Source of the DNA: Lama guanicoe
Lineage: Eukaryota
Assembly: GCA_013239625.1 (NCBI GenBank)
Contig: MU053881.1
Coordinates: 16,236,373-16,300,372 of the forward strand
Length of the DNA: 64,000 nt
Direction: 5' to 3'
The position numbers and the translations under genes are program-made. Each line of letters starts with the position of its first letter. Position 1 is the stretch's first letter. Below the pieces are notes generated by a model. The model was given only the letters and a program-made list of their open reading frames with translations. It was not told the origin of the DNA and did not search any database. Shown here piece by piece: positions 10,981 to 25,000 of the stretch.

Positions 10981-12714
10981 GCTGCTAGGGCTGGGGGTCG
11001 GCTGCTCTGGGCTGTGGCCGGCTGACTTCAGGCTTCCTGCCTGGCTGGACGCCCACCCCCAGCTTCCTGAGCACCGGTGGAGGATTGGACAGGACCCAGT
11101 GAGATAAACCAGCCCCTGCCCCCACTAGCCCGTGGGAGGCCCATGGCCTGGCCGATGGAGGCAGGGCAGCTGGGGTTACTCTGTTTCACAGAGGTGGCTC
11201 ACAGGCTTGAGGCGCTGGACCAGCAAGATAGGGGAGGAGGTGCCAGGCTGCAGCCCCCACTCCTGACCCCTGTCCAGCCCAGGAAGCCTCTGAGAGCCAA
11301 GTGGCTACTTCTTGCTGGCCAGTCACATCTCGGCTCCATCCTCATGACAGCCCAGCCCTCCGCACCACGCCCCCATCAGGAGCTCTTGGCCCTTCCTGAA
11401 ATCTTCCCCCTACCCCCACAGACCAGAGAAGAGGCCTGCTTCCTCAGGTCAGAGATCAGAGTTCCTCTGTGGGGACTGCCCCACCTTATTGCGGCCTCAC
11501 CCAGAGCCCTGATGCTGACCATGTGCTGTCCTGGGAGGTGCCTCTTTCTGGTTCTCAAAGCCTCTTCTGCTCTGGACCTAGCCTCACTGTCAGCCTGGGA
11601 CCCCAGGTGTGACCAGGGCAAGGGACTGTCACAGCTATATCTGAGCCAGAGGGAGGCCAGGCCAGGCCAGCTCAGAGGGTCCCCTGAGCCACCTTCTTGT
11701 AGGGGGTTCCTTCCCCCTTTGACCCCTCCATGTCCTATCCAGAGGGGAGGGTCTCATCTGCACACAATGCCCCCGATACCTCTCTTCAGGGAGGCTTCAC
11801 TGCCCCACCCTGGGGGGGGGTCCCCGCACTGGGGGTTCTTGGCCTCTGTGTGGTCAGGACTGGGCCACAGTGAGGAGGTCTGGGAGCAGAAGGACCCAGA
11901 GGGGGCAGTAGGGGGGCAGGGAAGAAAAAATTAACTAGGGGTGGGGGAGGGGGTCAGATGCAGCTGTGTCCTAGTGTGGCAAGCCCTAATCTAGACACAC
12001 ACTTGGAAAATGGGGACCAGCCAGGAAGTGACCAAGCAGCCCTGGACAGAGTCAGTGCAGCTAGAGGCTGAGATGCTAAGATCCCTGCCCCCAGTCCCAG
12101 AGTTGAGGGTACTGAGGCCTGGAGAGCTCCAACTGGGGCAGGGGTCTCAGCCAGGAGCCTCTCATCCATTTCTGAGCAGTTTCCACCAGCATCAATGACA
12201 GATTCAGGCCCCTGCCTACGTGTCACAGCTCCTGTGACAGATGATGGCCTCAGTGCACAGGAAAACCGGGATGTAGACCTCCTGCCGCTCTCCAGGAGAG
12301 AGCAGGAAACCTGTGCGGGGGAAGCTGGGGCTAGCTGCTCTTTGCCTTCGGGGCAGGGAGGACTGGAGCCCAAGAAGGGTGGTTTGACTCAGAAGTTCCA
12401 TGTCTAGAAATTTATGCCAGAGACACTCGTGTAGGAAAACGTCTGTACAGGGAAGTTCCCACTAACAACCGCCGCCCCACCGTCCCTGCCATGGAAACAG
12501 CCCTGTGCCAGCAGGAAGGCCGCCCCCTAGACACAGCACGTGGAGGTGCAGGGCCACTATCCCAGTCTGGAGGCAAGCCATGTGGGGACACCTCCTAGGG
12601 GACACTGGGAGCAGCTGCCTTTGGGGAGAGGGACGTGGGCACCTACTTTTCTCTGTGTGCTTTTTTTGTGCTGTTGGAATTTTCTGTACCATGTGTCACT
12701 TTCCATAAAAACTC

Positions 12715-13100
12715 ATGTTTAAAAAAAAGTATAATAATAGCTTTAAAAAGGAAGGAAATTCTGACACAGGCTACAATGTGGATGACCATGGAGGATATCA
12801 TTGTAAGTGAAACAAGCCCGTCACAAAAGGACAAACACTGCATGATGCCATGATGTCCCTAGAGTGGCCAAATTCATAGTGACAGAAAGAAGTAGAAGTG
12901 TGGGTGCCAGGGGCTAGGGGATGGGGAACGGGCAACTAGTGTTTAAGGAGGATAGAGTTTCGGTTTGGGAAGATGAACAAGCCCCGGAGACGGATGCTGG
13001 GGATGGTTGTACAGTCATGTCAATGTACTTTACGTCACTGAACTAGGCACTAAAAGTATGGTCAACATGGTCAACTATGTTATGTGTATTTTACCACAAA
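12715..13100 (+). mobile_element. L1MB 3' end
   Basis: aaaaggaaggaaattctgacacaggctacaatgtggatga..tatgtgtattttaccacaa. Confidence 0.85.
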
Positions 13101-14419
13101 TTCAAACAGTGGAAAAAACGGCAAACAGACCTAAGCCAGCAGCTAGTTCTCAGCTTGCTTTTTAGAACAGTCTCGTCCTCTGCCAGGACATCAGGTACAA
13201 TGTGCTAGTTCTATTTTGCAAATAGCCAGCAAGACAGACACCTCGCTAGTCACAGAATGAATGTTCCACTTAATTCCCACTGCCCAGCGGGAGGCCCTCC
13301 CTCTAGTCTCTTATCCAGGAACCTCATTCCAGGCACAGGCCCCACCTGCTCAAGGGCAGGCACAGGTGTCCCCCGGGGCAGGAATCCTGGGGCCACCTTA
13401 GAGTTCTGCCCACCACAGAGGTCCCCTGGGACTGGCACCCCTCCTGGGAGTTGCAGCCGCCACCACTTGCACTCCAGGACTCCCCTCCCAGTGCTTCCAA
13501 CAGAGGAAATCCAGTCTGGGGGCACAGAGGGGGCCCTGGGTACCCCTGGACGTAAGCTTGAGGCAGGAGGAATCTGGGGCAGCACCAAGCCTCTCCGGGA
13601 GCCCCGACCCTCTGGGAAGTTGAACACTGCCAGGGGCGTGTGTGGGGGGTGCACGTGGGTGGAGGGGGTCCCTGGGAGGCACCAACAGCCCCTTGGGGAA
13701 GTCGGGGACAACTCCTGGGAGAGGACTGGCCAGGTGGCCAGGGCAGGCTGATGGGTGAGGCCTGGTGGCAGGCACTGCGTGGGGATGAGGAGGGGGGCCA
13801 GCCTGTTGTGCTGTGGGAGCTTCAGGGGGAAAAGCTAAGAGAACCCTAAGCAGAGCTGAGGGATCCCACTGACCTGGAAGCAGGTGCAGGGCTGGAAGGA
13901 GGGGGTCCTGGAGGTTTTTCAGGGGACACAGGTGAGAGGAAGGGTGGCAGCAGGGGGCAGCTGGGAGGGGGGCCCAGCGAGCCTGGAGGGTGGTTTTGTG
14001 GGCCTGAGGAGGGAGAGATGCCACGTCCCGCGGCATCTGCAGGCTTTTGGACCTGGTGTCAGAAGCAGGTGGGCAGGTGCATAAAGCTCACAGCACACAC
14101 CGCAGTCTTCAGATTAGGTTTTGCACGTGCAGCACTCCAAGGAATACTCATTTCTACCGAATATAAAAACTCAGCTGGTAATGAACAGAGAAAACACTCT
14201 GGGGGCGGGGCCACACCCTAGAGGAAACAGGACCCCACTACCCTGCTGTGCAGGCGCAGGGAAGTCATGGTAGGAGTGGTTACCCACGCGGGGCTTGAGA
14301 ACTTCCAGGTGCACACACGTAGACGCTCCCTTCGGGCACCAACTTGCCCGGCAGCAAGAGGTCACCTCTGGATGGCTCGCAAGAAATGACTGACTGAACC
14401 TCGCAGCTCTAGGTCAATA

Positions 14420-14438
14420 TTTAATTTTTAACTTTAAT
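14420..14438 (-). terminator. SIN3B poly(A) signals (two ATTAAA); 3'UTR about 14410-16057
   Basis: tttaat on + at 14420-14425 and 14433-14438, at the end of an AU-rich block about 1.6 kb past the stop codon. Confidence 0.7.
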
Positions 14439-16057
14439 GTGCAAATAAATAGAAAAGGAAAACTACATTCAAAACAGCTGCAAAGGAAGTACAAGCCCCA
14501 GAACAGAAATTCTTCAAAAACAGAAGAGATGCTCCCTAGAAGCATGCAGGGTGAGGGCTTGGTGGGGTCTGGCCCGCACCCCAGGCCCAGTGGAGGCACG
14601 TAAGGGGCCGGGGGCTCCCAAGGACGGCTGCCGGGAGGGTCTGGTTTAGGAACTCTGGTAAGTTTCCTTCTTATAAAACAAGGATGCGTACAAAGTGCAC
14701 GGATTACACTTGAGAAAACATGGGCCAGGAGACACCCAGGCGGACACACTGGCCTTGGAATCACCCAGGCCTGGAGTCAAAGGCTTTGCAAACCTCGAGT
14801 TCCACAGGTAACTTCTAGAAACATGTTTCCATTTCCCAGAACCTTGGGTTTGGCACAGCTCAGCTGCGGGAGGGCAAGGGCTGCGGCTGGGCGGAGGCAA
14901 AGGGATTCTGCCAGGTCCACCTATCGGTTGAGCCCACTCTCAGTCTGATGGTGCGAGGGGCCTGGCCAGAGTTTCTCATGGGGCAGGATGTTTAAAGAGC
15001 TGGTCCCCAGCCCAAACAGCCTGGCACTCTTGGCACAGAAAGCCTTTGCCCCTCACACCCATCCCCGCCCCGGGTGGTGGCTACAGGAATGGAGGCGTCA
15101 GGGCAGGTGTGCGGAATTCCGTGAAGAGGGCTCTTAGCCCCAGAGAAGCCGTGGGACTTGGCCATTGTGGAAGTCACAACCACTAAGAGAGCATAAAGGA
15201 ATAAATATGTGTGCATATATATACTTCTAGAATGTCCATCTTAGGTACACAACTGCACCCCAGGGCCCTCCCAGGGTGGGGTCCCTTGAGCTCCGTGGGT
15301 GCGGCAGGCCGGGCCCCCTCCCCTCACAGGCCTAGAGTCCAGCTGCTGGATCAACATGGGGTTTGGCATCTCTTTTTCCAGAACACGGTCTCCCCGGCAG
15401 TTCCGGTACCGCCCGCCCACCCCATGTCTGGATGTCAAAGCGTTTGGGTGACAGGGCGCTTCTCACTTTCAAAGTGACCAAGGAGCCCGGGTACCGGCTG
15501 GGTCAAGCTGATGCCGCACCGTCAGATGTAGGTGTCACCCAGCTTGGGAAATGTTTCCAGAAACTCAGAACTGCCTGGGAAGGACGTGCTTTTCAAGCAG
15601 GTCCACCCGGGCCCAACTCCTTTGATGTCAGGGTCTCTCAAACGCTGACCACCCTCCTGAAAGTGAGCCCTCGGGCGGCTCTTCAGGACCAGCGGTGCCC
15701 CTGCCTGGGGGTTTGGCACACGTGACGGGAGTGGCCCAGCAGGCGTGTGAATACAATCACCTGTGCCCTGGCTGGTGCGCTGACCCCTCCCTCTAGTAGG
15801 GACTAAGCCCCCAGAGTTTAAGTGCAGGGGGGTTCAGGTTTGGCACAGGATGGGCCCAAAGGAAGCGGGGAAGCCGAGAGGGATGGCAGCATCGGGCCGC
15901 AAGCCAACACAACCTGCCTTTCCCTGGAGCTCACAGCCCGTAGCAGCAAGGCTGGGGAACGCTCTGCTCCCCTCACGTTCATGAAAACGCCCAATGGACA
16001 CAAAGGCCAAGGAACCGACCGCGCCAAGCTGTGTGTGGTGGTGCCCGTGCGGGCACG

Positions 16058-19000
16058 TCAGGGTGAGGCAGGGCGGCGGCTGTACTGCACTCGGTAGCGG
16101 GTCACTGGCAGGCCATGCACGTGCACTGTCTCGCAGAGTGTCTTGCAGGGCACCATGTCCTCGTCCTCCTCGCCCATCAGCCAGTCCTGCACCAGGCCAG
16201 CTGCCTCCACTGTCACATTGTCCTCTAGCCAGCGGCTGTGCCACTCCTCAAAGTGCTGGTGGTGGCGCAGCAGGACCAGGGGCTGCACCTGCAGGGGGGA
16301 GTGGGGAGGGGAGTCAGGGTGGCCCAGTCCCCCCAGGTGGCCATGGCTGGCTCTCAGGGCCCCAAGCACCCCAAACGGCTGTGGGCCGGAGCCCAGGTTC
16401 CCAGGTTGCAGGCAGGGAGGGGCACCTGCTTGGCCCGGCAGAGGGTCCCGCGGCGGTACATGTAGTCCTCAGAGTTGACGATGAACATCATCTTGTGGCT
16501 GCTGAGCTTGAAGCGGCAGTCCACGTTGCAGGCACTCTCCACCCCGACCAGCCGCTTCCAGGAGCTCTTGGCCTCACCGCGCAGGGCGCGCACCTGCTCG
16601 CACTGCCACCTGCGGAACTTCTTGAGGTTCCTGGGGGTGAGAGGAGGATTTGCAGACTAAGGAGTCCTCGTGGCCCAGAAACACTGGGAAGATGCCTGAC
16701 TTCCCAGGGTCAGAGAAATGCAAATTGAAGCAATGGAAACCACCACCCAACCCCTTCAACCCAGGGAGAACTAAAACCCAGTCATGCTGGGCGCTGGCAA
16801 CAGTGGGGGAGACCTCCCTGGGCCCACAGGAAGGAACTGCGCTGTGGGTCCTCTCACCTCTGCAGGAACACAGGCTTCAGGAGGAAGCCCTCAGTGGGCG
16901 AGCTGGATGCGCCCTCGGTCCCCACGTACTGTTCCACGTATCGAGCCAGGTGCTGGAGAGACAGGGAGACATGGCCCATGTCATCAAGGGTTCCTGTGGA
17001 CTTGGTCCCCACTCCTCCCTCAGGACGGCAGCTACTGAGGACCCAGATGCATGATGGAAACCAGCAGACTGCAGCTTCCTATGAAGGGCCCAGCCAGAGC
17101 AGGACATGCACATCCAGACCACGATTTCAACGATCTATGCCAGTTTGTGCTTGGGTGGACAAATCCCTGCTATGTGACGATTCTTCTGTATCCATCGTGT
17201 TGTAAGTTCACACTGGGAATGGGAGGCTTCTGACAGGGAGGGGAGTGGGGTCCAGGGCATGAACAGACAGGAATGGACATCAGGACATGAACAGTGGGTA
17301 GGAAGAGAGAAAGACCAGGTAGGGGTTGGGGGTGAGTAAAAGGTGGGGCTCCAAGGGGCCACCCAGGGGCATAGCTTATACCATCCAAGCAACCTTTCAT
17401 CCACTTACTGTCCTGTTTGAGCAGGAGGCTCCTCCAGACTCAAGCTTAACAAAACCACATTTGCTGGAAACTTCTGCAAAGGACAGAGTGTGCAGGCCTC
17501 CACTCTCGTTTGTCTTAGAAATCATTTCCAGTGAAATGGGCAGGGGAGAACACTGCGAGGAGAGCCCCTGTGGCTGTGGTGGGTGGTGCCCCTCGCTCTG
17601 TGAAGGTGGCTTGGGGCTTACGGGCCCCGCTCCCAGTGGCTCGTGGGCACCAAATGGAATGTGCACCTCAGAGTTTGGGCCAGGGAGGTTTTCTCCTGGT
17701 ACCTGGGGCATCCAGAGCTCTGAGCTTCTGAATCTGAGTGATTGGGCTGGCCACAGGCACCATGAGGATGGCAGCTGGTAGCAGGGCCAGGGTTTGTGGG
17801 GAAAGATAGCCTGGCTCCCACAGGGCCCTCCTGCCCTGGGACACACACTGGCTCCTGAAGGATCACCTATAATTCTCACCTCCTTCTGGGGTTCCAAGGA
17901 GGGCATTCAGCCTACACAGAGGCTTCTCTGGTGGACATTCTGTGGCCTGTGCTTGGCCAGCGTGTGCACGGGCTCCCGGGATGGGAGCCTCACAATGCTG
18001 CCCGCGATGGTGCCCTTAAGGCGCACACACAGGGCTGCAGTCCTCACCTGGACCTCCACAGGGTCCTCCGTCTGTGCCTCCTCGGTGTCCAGGAGCTCTA
18101 TAGTCATGATTACCTGCCCTTTGCGCTGGAGGAACATCACCTGGGGAAGGAGGCGGATGGATAGGTTGACGCCCCAGGAGAAGCCCAGGTTGACAGAGGA
18201 CAAGGTCTAAAGGTCATCAACGACCCCCTTCCACCAGCCTCCAAGCCCCATCTTTCCTCCAGGGACCACAGGCGGGGCGCCTGCCGGGGCCGGGGCCAGC
18301 ATCCAGAGGCCCAGTGGAAGGAGCGCACAGAACTGGCCAGCCCTCCCCTGCCGTGGGCACCCTCCCGTGCACCCCAGCCTTGTGTGGGGCTGCGCAGGGC
18401 TGGCCTCACCTTGAAGCAGTTCTCATCAGCCATGCACCGCTCGGCTTTCCACTGGTAGCTGGTTTCCCTGGCGGCGCGGACGCAGCGGGAGGACAGGTTC
18501 CCGCCGGCAGCACCCCGCTTCTTCTCATTCAGGTAGAGCTCCACCACCTTCAGACAGACGTCGTCGCTCACGAGGTGGTGCAGCTGCCGGGAAGGGTGAG
18601 CCCGTGGGTGCCTGGTGTGTGTGCCCCCAGCAGGGGTGAGACATGCCCCAGCCCCACACAGTGGGGGTGGAGGCCAGGATCCAACCTCCATGCTGGGTGT
18701 GGGCCAGGCCAGACCAGACCAAAGGAGACCAGATTATGGCAAACCAGAGCAAATTATATCAGACCAGGGCAGACCAGGGCAGACCAGACCAGACTAGGCC
18801 AGACCAGAGCAGACCAGGCCAGACCAGAGCAGACCAAACTAGACCAGATGAGAGCAGAGCAGAGCAGCAACCTTGCCTGGGTGAGAAACACCCAGAAAAA
18901 ATACACAAGAAAATGTACCAAAATGGGGGTGGTAATAACCTAAAAACAGTGCCATGGCAGATGGTTATTTCCTCCTAAATGTTCAGCTATAAACACAATT

Positions 19001-22000
19001 AATTTCTTTAATTTTTAAAAATACATGTAAAACCTTTAGGTTTGGGAAGAGACAGGTATTGGAAACAGAGGAGGCTGCAGGGTTAGACTGAGCTGGTGGG
19101 AGTCGGCCCCTCTGTGCACAAGCCGGGCCCCGACAGGCTGCAACAGACTCAGGGCCTCGGGCTTTTCTCTGTGGATCTCTTTGCTGAGTGAACGCCATGA
19201 CGTGGACACACGTGGGCCTCACGTGGTGCCTGGCACACAGCATGTTTCCAGTCAACACTAGCTGCTGTTACTGAAAATAAGAAACGCTGATTAAAAAAAT
19301 ACACAAAAAGGCATAAGGAGTGTGGACACGACCCTGCAGGTGAGAGCCGTCACGCGGAGGGGCCCTGTGAGCCCTCACTGTGGCTCCAGCTACACAAACC
19401 CACTTCCATCGCTGTCTCTTCTTAACAGGTTTGTATTTACAAGAGACATTAGTGAAGAGAGGGAGCTTTTCTTTAAAAAAAAATTGCATGTATCAAAGTA
19501 TCTGGTCCAACCCCTCTGGGGCTACAGATGGAGCCTCTGTCCTGGGTGGTGGCCTGCTGAGGGGCTGACTGCCTCAGCCCAGGAGACAGATGAGAGAGAT
19601 CACCTACTGGGCAAGAAGGGCAAGACACAGAACGCGCCAGGAACCTGGAAACTGCCCCCAAAGCTGGCTGTGCCAGCCTGAGTACCCCTCCAACCTGGGG
19701 GAGCGGAGGAAATGCACACAGATGGCCCACAGGGGATGCAGAGCGCTGCTCCAAGGGCCCAAACGGGAGCTCGTCCCTGGACTCCCAGGCGGATGATGAA
19801 GGAGCCACGGGCATCACAACAGAGAGGAATCTCACAGAATCACGCTGCCTGGATGCAGCCAGATGCTGCCTTTACACACAGCTTCAAAACCACGACTCTT
19901 ATCTCAGCGTCAGAAATTGGCCGTGGGTGTCCACGAGTGGGAGTGGCTGGGAAGGGGCACGGGTGGGACATCTGTGACGACCCACCGAGCTGCATGCTCA
20001 CCATTCAGCACGCTTCTGTATGTGTTCTGTTGACATCATAAGAAATCTTTAAAACCTGGACGGAAATGCCACTTCTAGAATGTTTCCAGTGACCGTATCT
20101 GGCTGGGAGAGTAATGACGTTATTCTTTCCTTGGCGTCTTTTCCAGTTTACAGCGAGCAGCCTTACTTGATAATCAAGAAATGAAACTCACGCTGAACAA
20201 CAATTCCAGTGGTCACCAAGCGGGACCCATGTCCCGGAACCACCTCTGACTTATCTGGGCTCTGCTGCTTATGTTTATACGACCAACTTCCTCTTGCTGA
20301 CCTTCAGCTGTGGGCGATGCTGAGGAACGTCACCAATACTTCCCCTCCAGAAGCGGCCTGAGGCTCTTCACATGTTGCCCAATCACCCTCACGGAAGGTT
20401 TGTCAACAGGAGCTCGAACACGCACATCCACACGCACATCCCTGCACACGCACATCCACAGCAGCACTAGCCACCATCGCCAAAGGATGGAAACAACCCA
20501 AGTGTCCATCAGCAGATGAGTGGAATAACAAAGTGCAGTCTATCCACACAGTGGAATATTATTTAGCCAAAAAAGGAATGACGTACTGACATGTGCTACA
20601 ATGTGGAGGAATCCTGAAAACATGATGCTGAGTGAGAGAAACCACTGAAGTCCATGTGTTGTATGATTCCACCTACGTGAAATGTCCAGAACAGGTAAGT
20701 CCACAGAGGCAGAAAGGGGCTAGGGGAGAAGTGACTGCTAATGGGGATGGGGTTTCTTCTTGGGATGATGGAAATGTTCTAGAACTAGACAGAGATGATG
20801 GTTGCACAACACTGTAAATGTACTAAATTCCACTGAATTGTTCACTTTAAAGTGGTGAATTTCACACTACGTGAACTTTACCTTAATTGAAAAAAAAAAA
20901 AAAGGAAAGGTGCCAACCATGGGGCCAACCACAGGCATAGGAGCAAAGGAAAGGCTGGTTTACAACCCAGGGACTGGCAGGGACTTGCAGGGAGGTCCCG
21001 CCCAGCCCAGAGTCCCAGCCTCCTGCCACCTGCTCGCTCACCCCTTGCCCACTCACCTGCCGGGCGATGCTCTGCACCAGCTTGTCCATGGTGAAGCCCA
21101 CGTAGGCGTGGATGGTGAACATCTCTCTGAGGGTGTCCTCGTACTGTGTGGGGTCGATGCTGCCCTCCAGCAGGCTCCGCACCATGTCCAGGAAGGCCGG
21201 GTAGTACTCCTCCAGCTCCACCTCACCTGGAGGGGTGGGGACCGCGGTTGCCGAGGGCCCAGCACGCACAAGCCCCCACCCAGAAGGACCTGGAGTCTTC
21301 ACTGAACACGTCCACATCTCCCGTCACAGGCTTCCTAACAGCTCACCTGGCCCATTTCCCCTCCCGGCTCCCAGAGGCGAGCCTGGTGGTGGCACCTTGG
21401 GGCCCAGGGCTTACTCGGCTGCTTCAGCCGCAGCTCCATGGCGGGGTCATTGCCCTTCTCCCGGCGGCCTTCACAGAGCAGCTTCTCCCTCTCCTTCTCT
21501 GTCCGATACTCCAGGAGCTGCTTCTGCGCCTGGCGGTAGATCTTCAGGAGCCTGGAGCACAGGGTCTGATGGAGGCGCAGGAAGAAGTACCAGTTGTTGT
21601 TGGCGAAGAAGAGGCTGTAGACATCGTCCAGGGGTTTGTGCTGTGGCGGTGGCTGCTCGGCAGCCGGCGCTTCGCCCGCAGCCCCCTTCTCCTCTCGGGG
21701 GCTGCTCTGCGGCCCTGGAGCTGGCTTCTTCCGGTCGCCGGGGTCTGTGCTCTGCCCCTGGGGGCTTCCCCTGCCCTCGTCGGCGGAGTCCTCGGATGCC
21801 CCCAGGTCCAGCTGCTGGGAGAAGAAGAGGCTGGGCACAAACTGGTGCACCAGCTGGTGGATGGTGCCCTGGTCCTCCTTCTGGATGGCAGGCTGCCGCT
21901 TCACGTAGTAGCTGATGAGGGCGGCCGCGTCCTCCAGGATCTGCCTGTCCTCGTACACGAAGATGAGGTGCGGCTCGCTGGAGGGGGCGCTGCGGCCCTC

Positions 22001-25000
22001 CGAGTGCTGCTCCTGGTGCTGGGGAGACGGGTGGCTGTTAGGCAGGAAGCGACCTGCTGGGAGAACTCCAAGTCGGGGGCCCAGGGCCATGGGACTCTAA
22101 GGGCATCATACCCTGGTCTGGGGCCCACCCCAGCTCTGGGACCAGAATGGCACCAAGCTCACTACCAAGGCCTGCAGCAGTGCCTCGAGGCTGGGGAAAA
22201 CAAAGGGAGCAGCACCCCGATTATCCGATTCCAGCTGACCCAGGCTGCCCAGTCCAAGCTCTCCCTGAGGATGAGGAAGACTTAGGGAGGACCACAGGCC
22301 CCTCTGCCCACCATCATTCACTTACAGACACTCAGCCAGACCCCAGAAGACCTGTGACTGCTCACACGTAGCCCCTCCCTGCCAGATCTGCACACCTGAC
22401 CCATCACCACCCCCTAGTGTCCCCTGCCTCTGTCCTTTCCCCACCTGCCTCCAGCCCCTCCATGGTCCTACCATCACTTGGGCCAGCACAAGTCTCCCAC
22501 CTGCCAGCTCTTGTTCTCCAGCCCATTCCAACCACTCTCCTCCCTGAGCCCAGAGCCATTTGGCCCACAGGAGCACGGTCAGCCCTAGTCACCCCTTCAG
22601 GCCTGCCCAGGCTACGCGGGAGAGGACCTCGACCCTGGCACACAACCCTACACTCCTCTGCTGCCGTGGGGGTGCTGAGCTTATCCTGCTGTGCACAGGA
22701 CCCTCGCGTGTGCCCATCTGTTTTTCCTCCCTGGAAAACCGCATCCTTGGACTCACCCCTCCCCTCCATCTTTATCCAATGACTCTTCTTCCTGCAAACC
22801 TGAAGATAAATACTACTTCCTCCAGACTGCCTTGAGCCGCCTGCCGATGTCAGCCCCACACAGCGCTCTCCTGGTCCCCCGGCACCAGGCATAGAGGCAG
22901 ACGCACCCAGGTCCTGGGGAGAAGTGTGTGGTCACTGTCCCTATAGGCAGGGAGCTCCCGAGGGCAGGACCAGGTCTCCTTGTTGCTCTCAATGACCAGC
23001 CCAGGGTGCAGCACCGAGGGGCCTCAGACACCCACAGAACGAGTGACCAGCGGGAAATGGCCAGGGCCTCCCAGGCTGTCTGCCTGGCCAGGGCCTCGGC
23101 TTCCCGGGGTCAGTAACTCATGTTTCCTTCCATCAGAGGTCACGCTCCTTTATTAACTGTGAAATCTGCAGCAGCCAGAGATCTGTCCTTCTTACTGGCG
23201 GGGAAGGGCAGAGTCTGGGGGGTCCGGGCGGGGAGAGGAGGGGCACGGACGCTGCAGCTCAGCCCTGCTCCTGGTTCTTCAGTGTGACCTTAGTCCTACT
23301 GCTTCCCGAGTCCCCTTCTCATTCACACCCTTCAAAAACTCCTTTTTTGGAGCAAGTTCTGGTGCACATAACACAGACTGTCCTCTGTTAACCGCACGAC
23401 AGTGAGGGTCTCACTTCCCAGAGCATAAAGGACCATGCAGGCAGAGCTCTCTAGGCCACCAGGCCACTCTACTGTCCCCTTCTTCTCAGACCCCAGGGAA
23501 GGACCTGCGGGACTCAGTGGTGGCAGTGGCGGGTTGATGCTCACCACGGATTCCGTGGGGGTCTTAGGCCTCAAGGACCAACTGGAGGACTAGAGCGAGG
23601 AGGCCAGACCGTGGAGTGGAGCTTGGGGCTGAGAGGTGGGCACTGCCTGGGGGAGGGAGGCAGGAGGGAAGGGGGTCTTGAGGCTGCCGCCTTAGGTGGT
23701 CTCCACAGCTGTGTGGAGTAACACGAGCTCTGGGCAGGACGGGCCCTCGGCTGTGTTGCCCCAGAGCCCAGAGGCCTTGGCCAGCGGCCTGGCTCCTCTT
23801 CCTCCAATTTCCTCAATGTAAGAGGAGGCACGACTGCTGACTGTGCAGGGCTCTGGGAGGAAGTGGGGGTAATGAGTGACCCTACCAGGTGGGCACGTGG
23901 TCAGTGATGCTGTCCCATCTGTGACCTGGGCAGAGCCCAGGAGCAGTGACCCCTCCTTCCCTGACAGCCACATCCAGCAGCCACTGCCTCCCGGCCAGGC
24001 TTCCCACCTTGGTCTCCCACAACCCTGCATGCATTTTTTGAAGCCCAAATCCTCAAGCCCGAGAGCCTGGCCAGCCTCAGTTCAGGCCATGAGGCAGATC
24101 ACACCGAAGCTGGGAAGAAGGCAGTGTGGCAGCTGGAGGCAGCGCCCCAGGGGTTGGAGTGGCCACGTTTTGTGCCACAGTCCCCGCATTGCTAAAATCG
24201 GGACCCTAACGGTACTACATAATAAGGTCTCTGAACAACGGTTAGTTGAGATATTCCTTCTGAGGGTTCTAACAGTGCACAGTGCACAGTCAGCGGTAGG
24301 AAAGGAAAGCTGCTAGTATTGGTCCATCGAGGCCCATGGGGCAGGGGAGCAGGAGGGGAGAGCCCTCTGCTGACAGTGGCAGAGTGGCTTTAAGGCCCCT
24401 CCTGGCCAGCCCGAGGCTGGGTGCCACAGCAGCAGCCATCCTCACCCGCACGCAGCCCTGCGAGGACAACAGACACAGAGGGCTGGCCGTCTGCCCGAGG
24501 CGGGGAGCCTCACCTCGTCGTACACGCTCTCTATCTCGTTGAGTAAGCTCTTGGAGCGAAGGGCCTTGGTGTCGTTCTGCTTGAAGTTCACGGCCTGGTG
24601 GTCCAGGGACTTGAGGTATGCCTTCTCATACTGCTCCCGCCAGATCTTGTTGAAGCCCTGCTGGGCCTCCCGCCACTCCTCCTCTTTGGCCTTGAGCCTG
24701 CAGGGTCAGAGGGGCTCAGCACAGGGACAGCCTGGGCGCCCACCCAACTCATCCCTGCCCGCACCAGCCTGTCTTTCACCCACAGACCCGCCGAAAGCGT
24801 TCTAAACTCGGGCCTGCCAGCTCCTGGCCTATGCAGAGGGTTCTGCGCTGGCTGAAGGAGGGAGGGGAGCAAGGGCCCTTAGAACCCACACAGACAGTTT
24901 AAGAGCTTCTCAAATAGCGCTGTCCTGGGACCTCCTCCCTGTCCTGGCCCACAACACGGACTGCACTCCATGCAGCTGTTGGCTAGACCGCTGGGCTCCC

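Noticed and set aside
11077..11934. 285-aa ORF divergent from F2RL3
   Set aside because: It has a GTG start and Pro/Leu/Gly-rich low-complexity sequence with no domain; expected by chance in GC-rich promoter DNA.
15994..16728. 244-aa + strand ORF
   Set aside because: It is antisense to SIN3B exons 18-19, and its composition is explained by high GC.
18704..18868. Repeat array as a possible CRISPR or coding repeat (209-aa ORF 18314-18943)
   Set aside because: It has simple 5-bp periodicity without unique spacers and lies in a mammalian intron. The ORF persists only because the repeat lacks stops.
21146..22285. 379-aa + strand ORF
   Set aside because: It is the antisense shadow of GC-rich SIN3B exons 13-14, with no recognisable domain and a non-ATG start.
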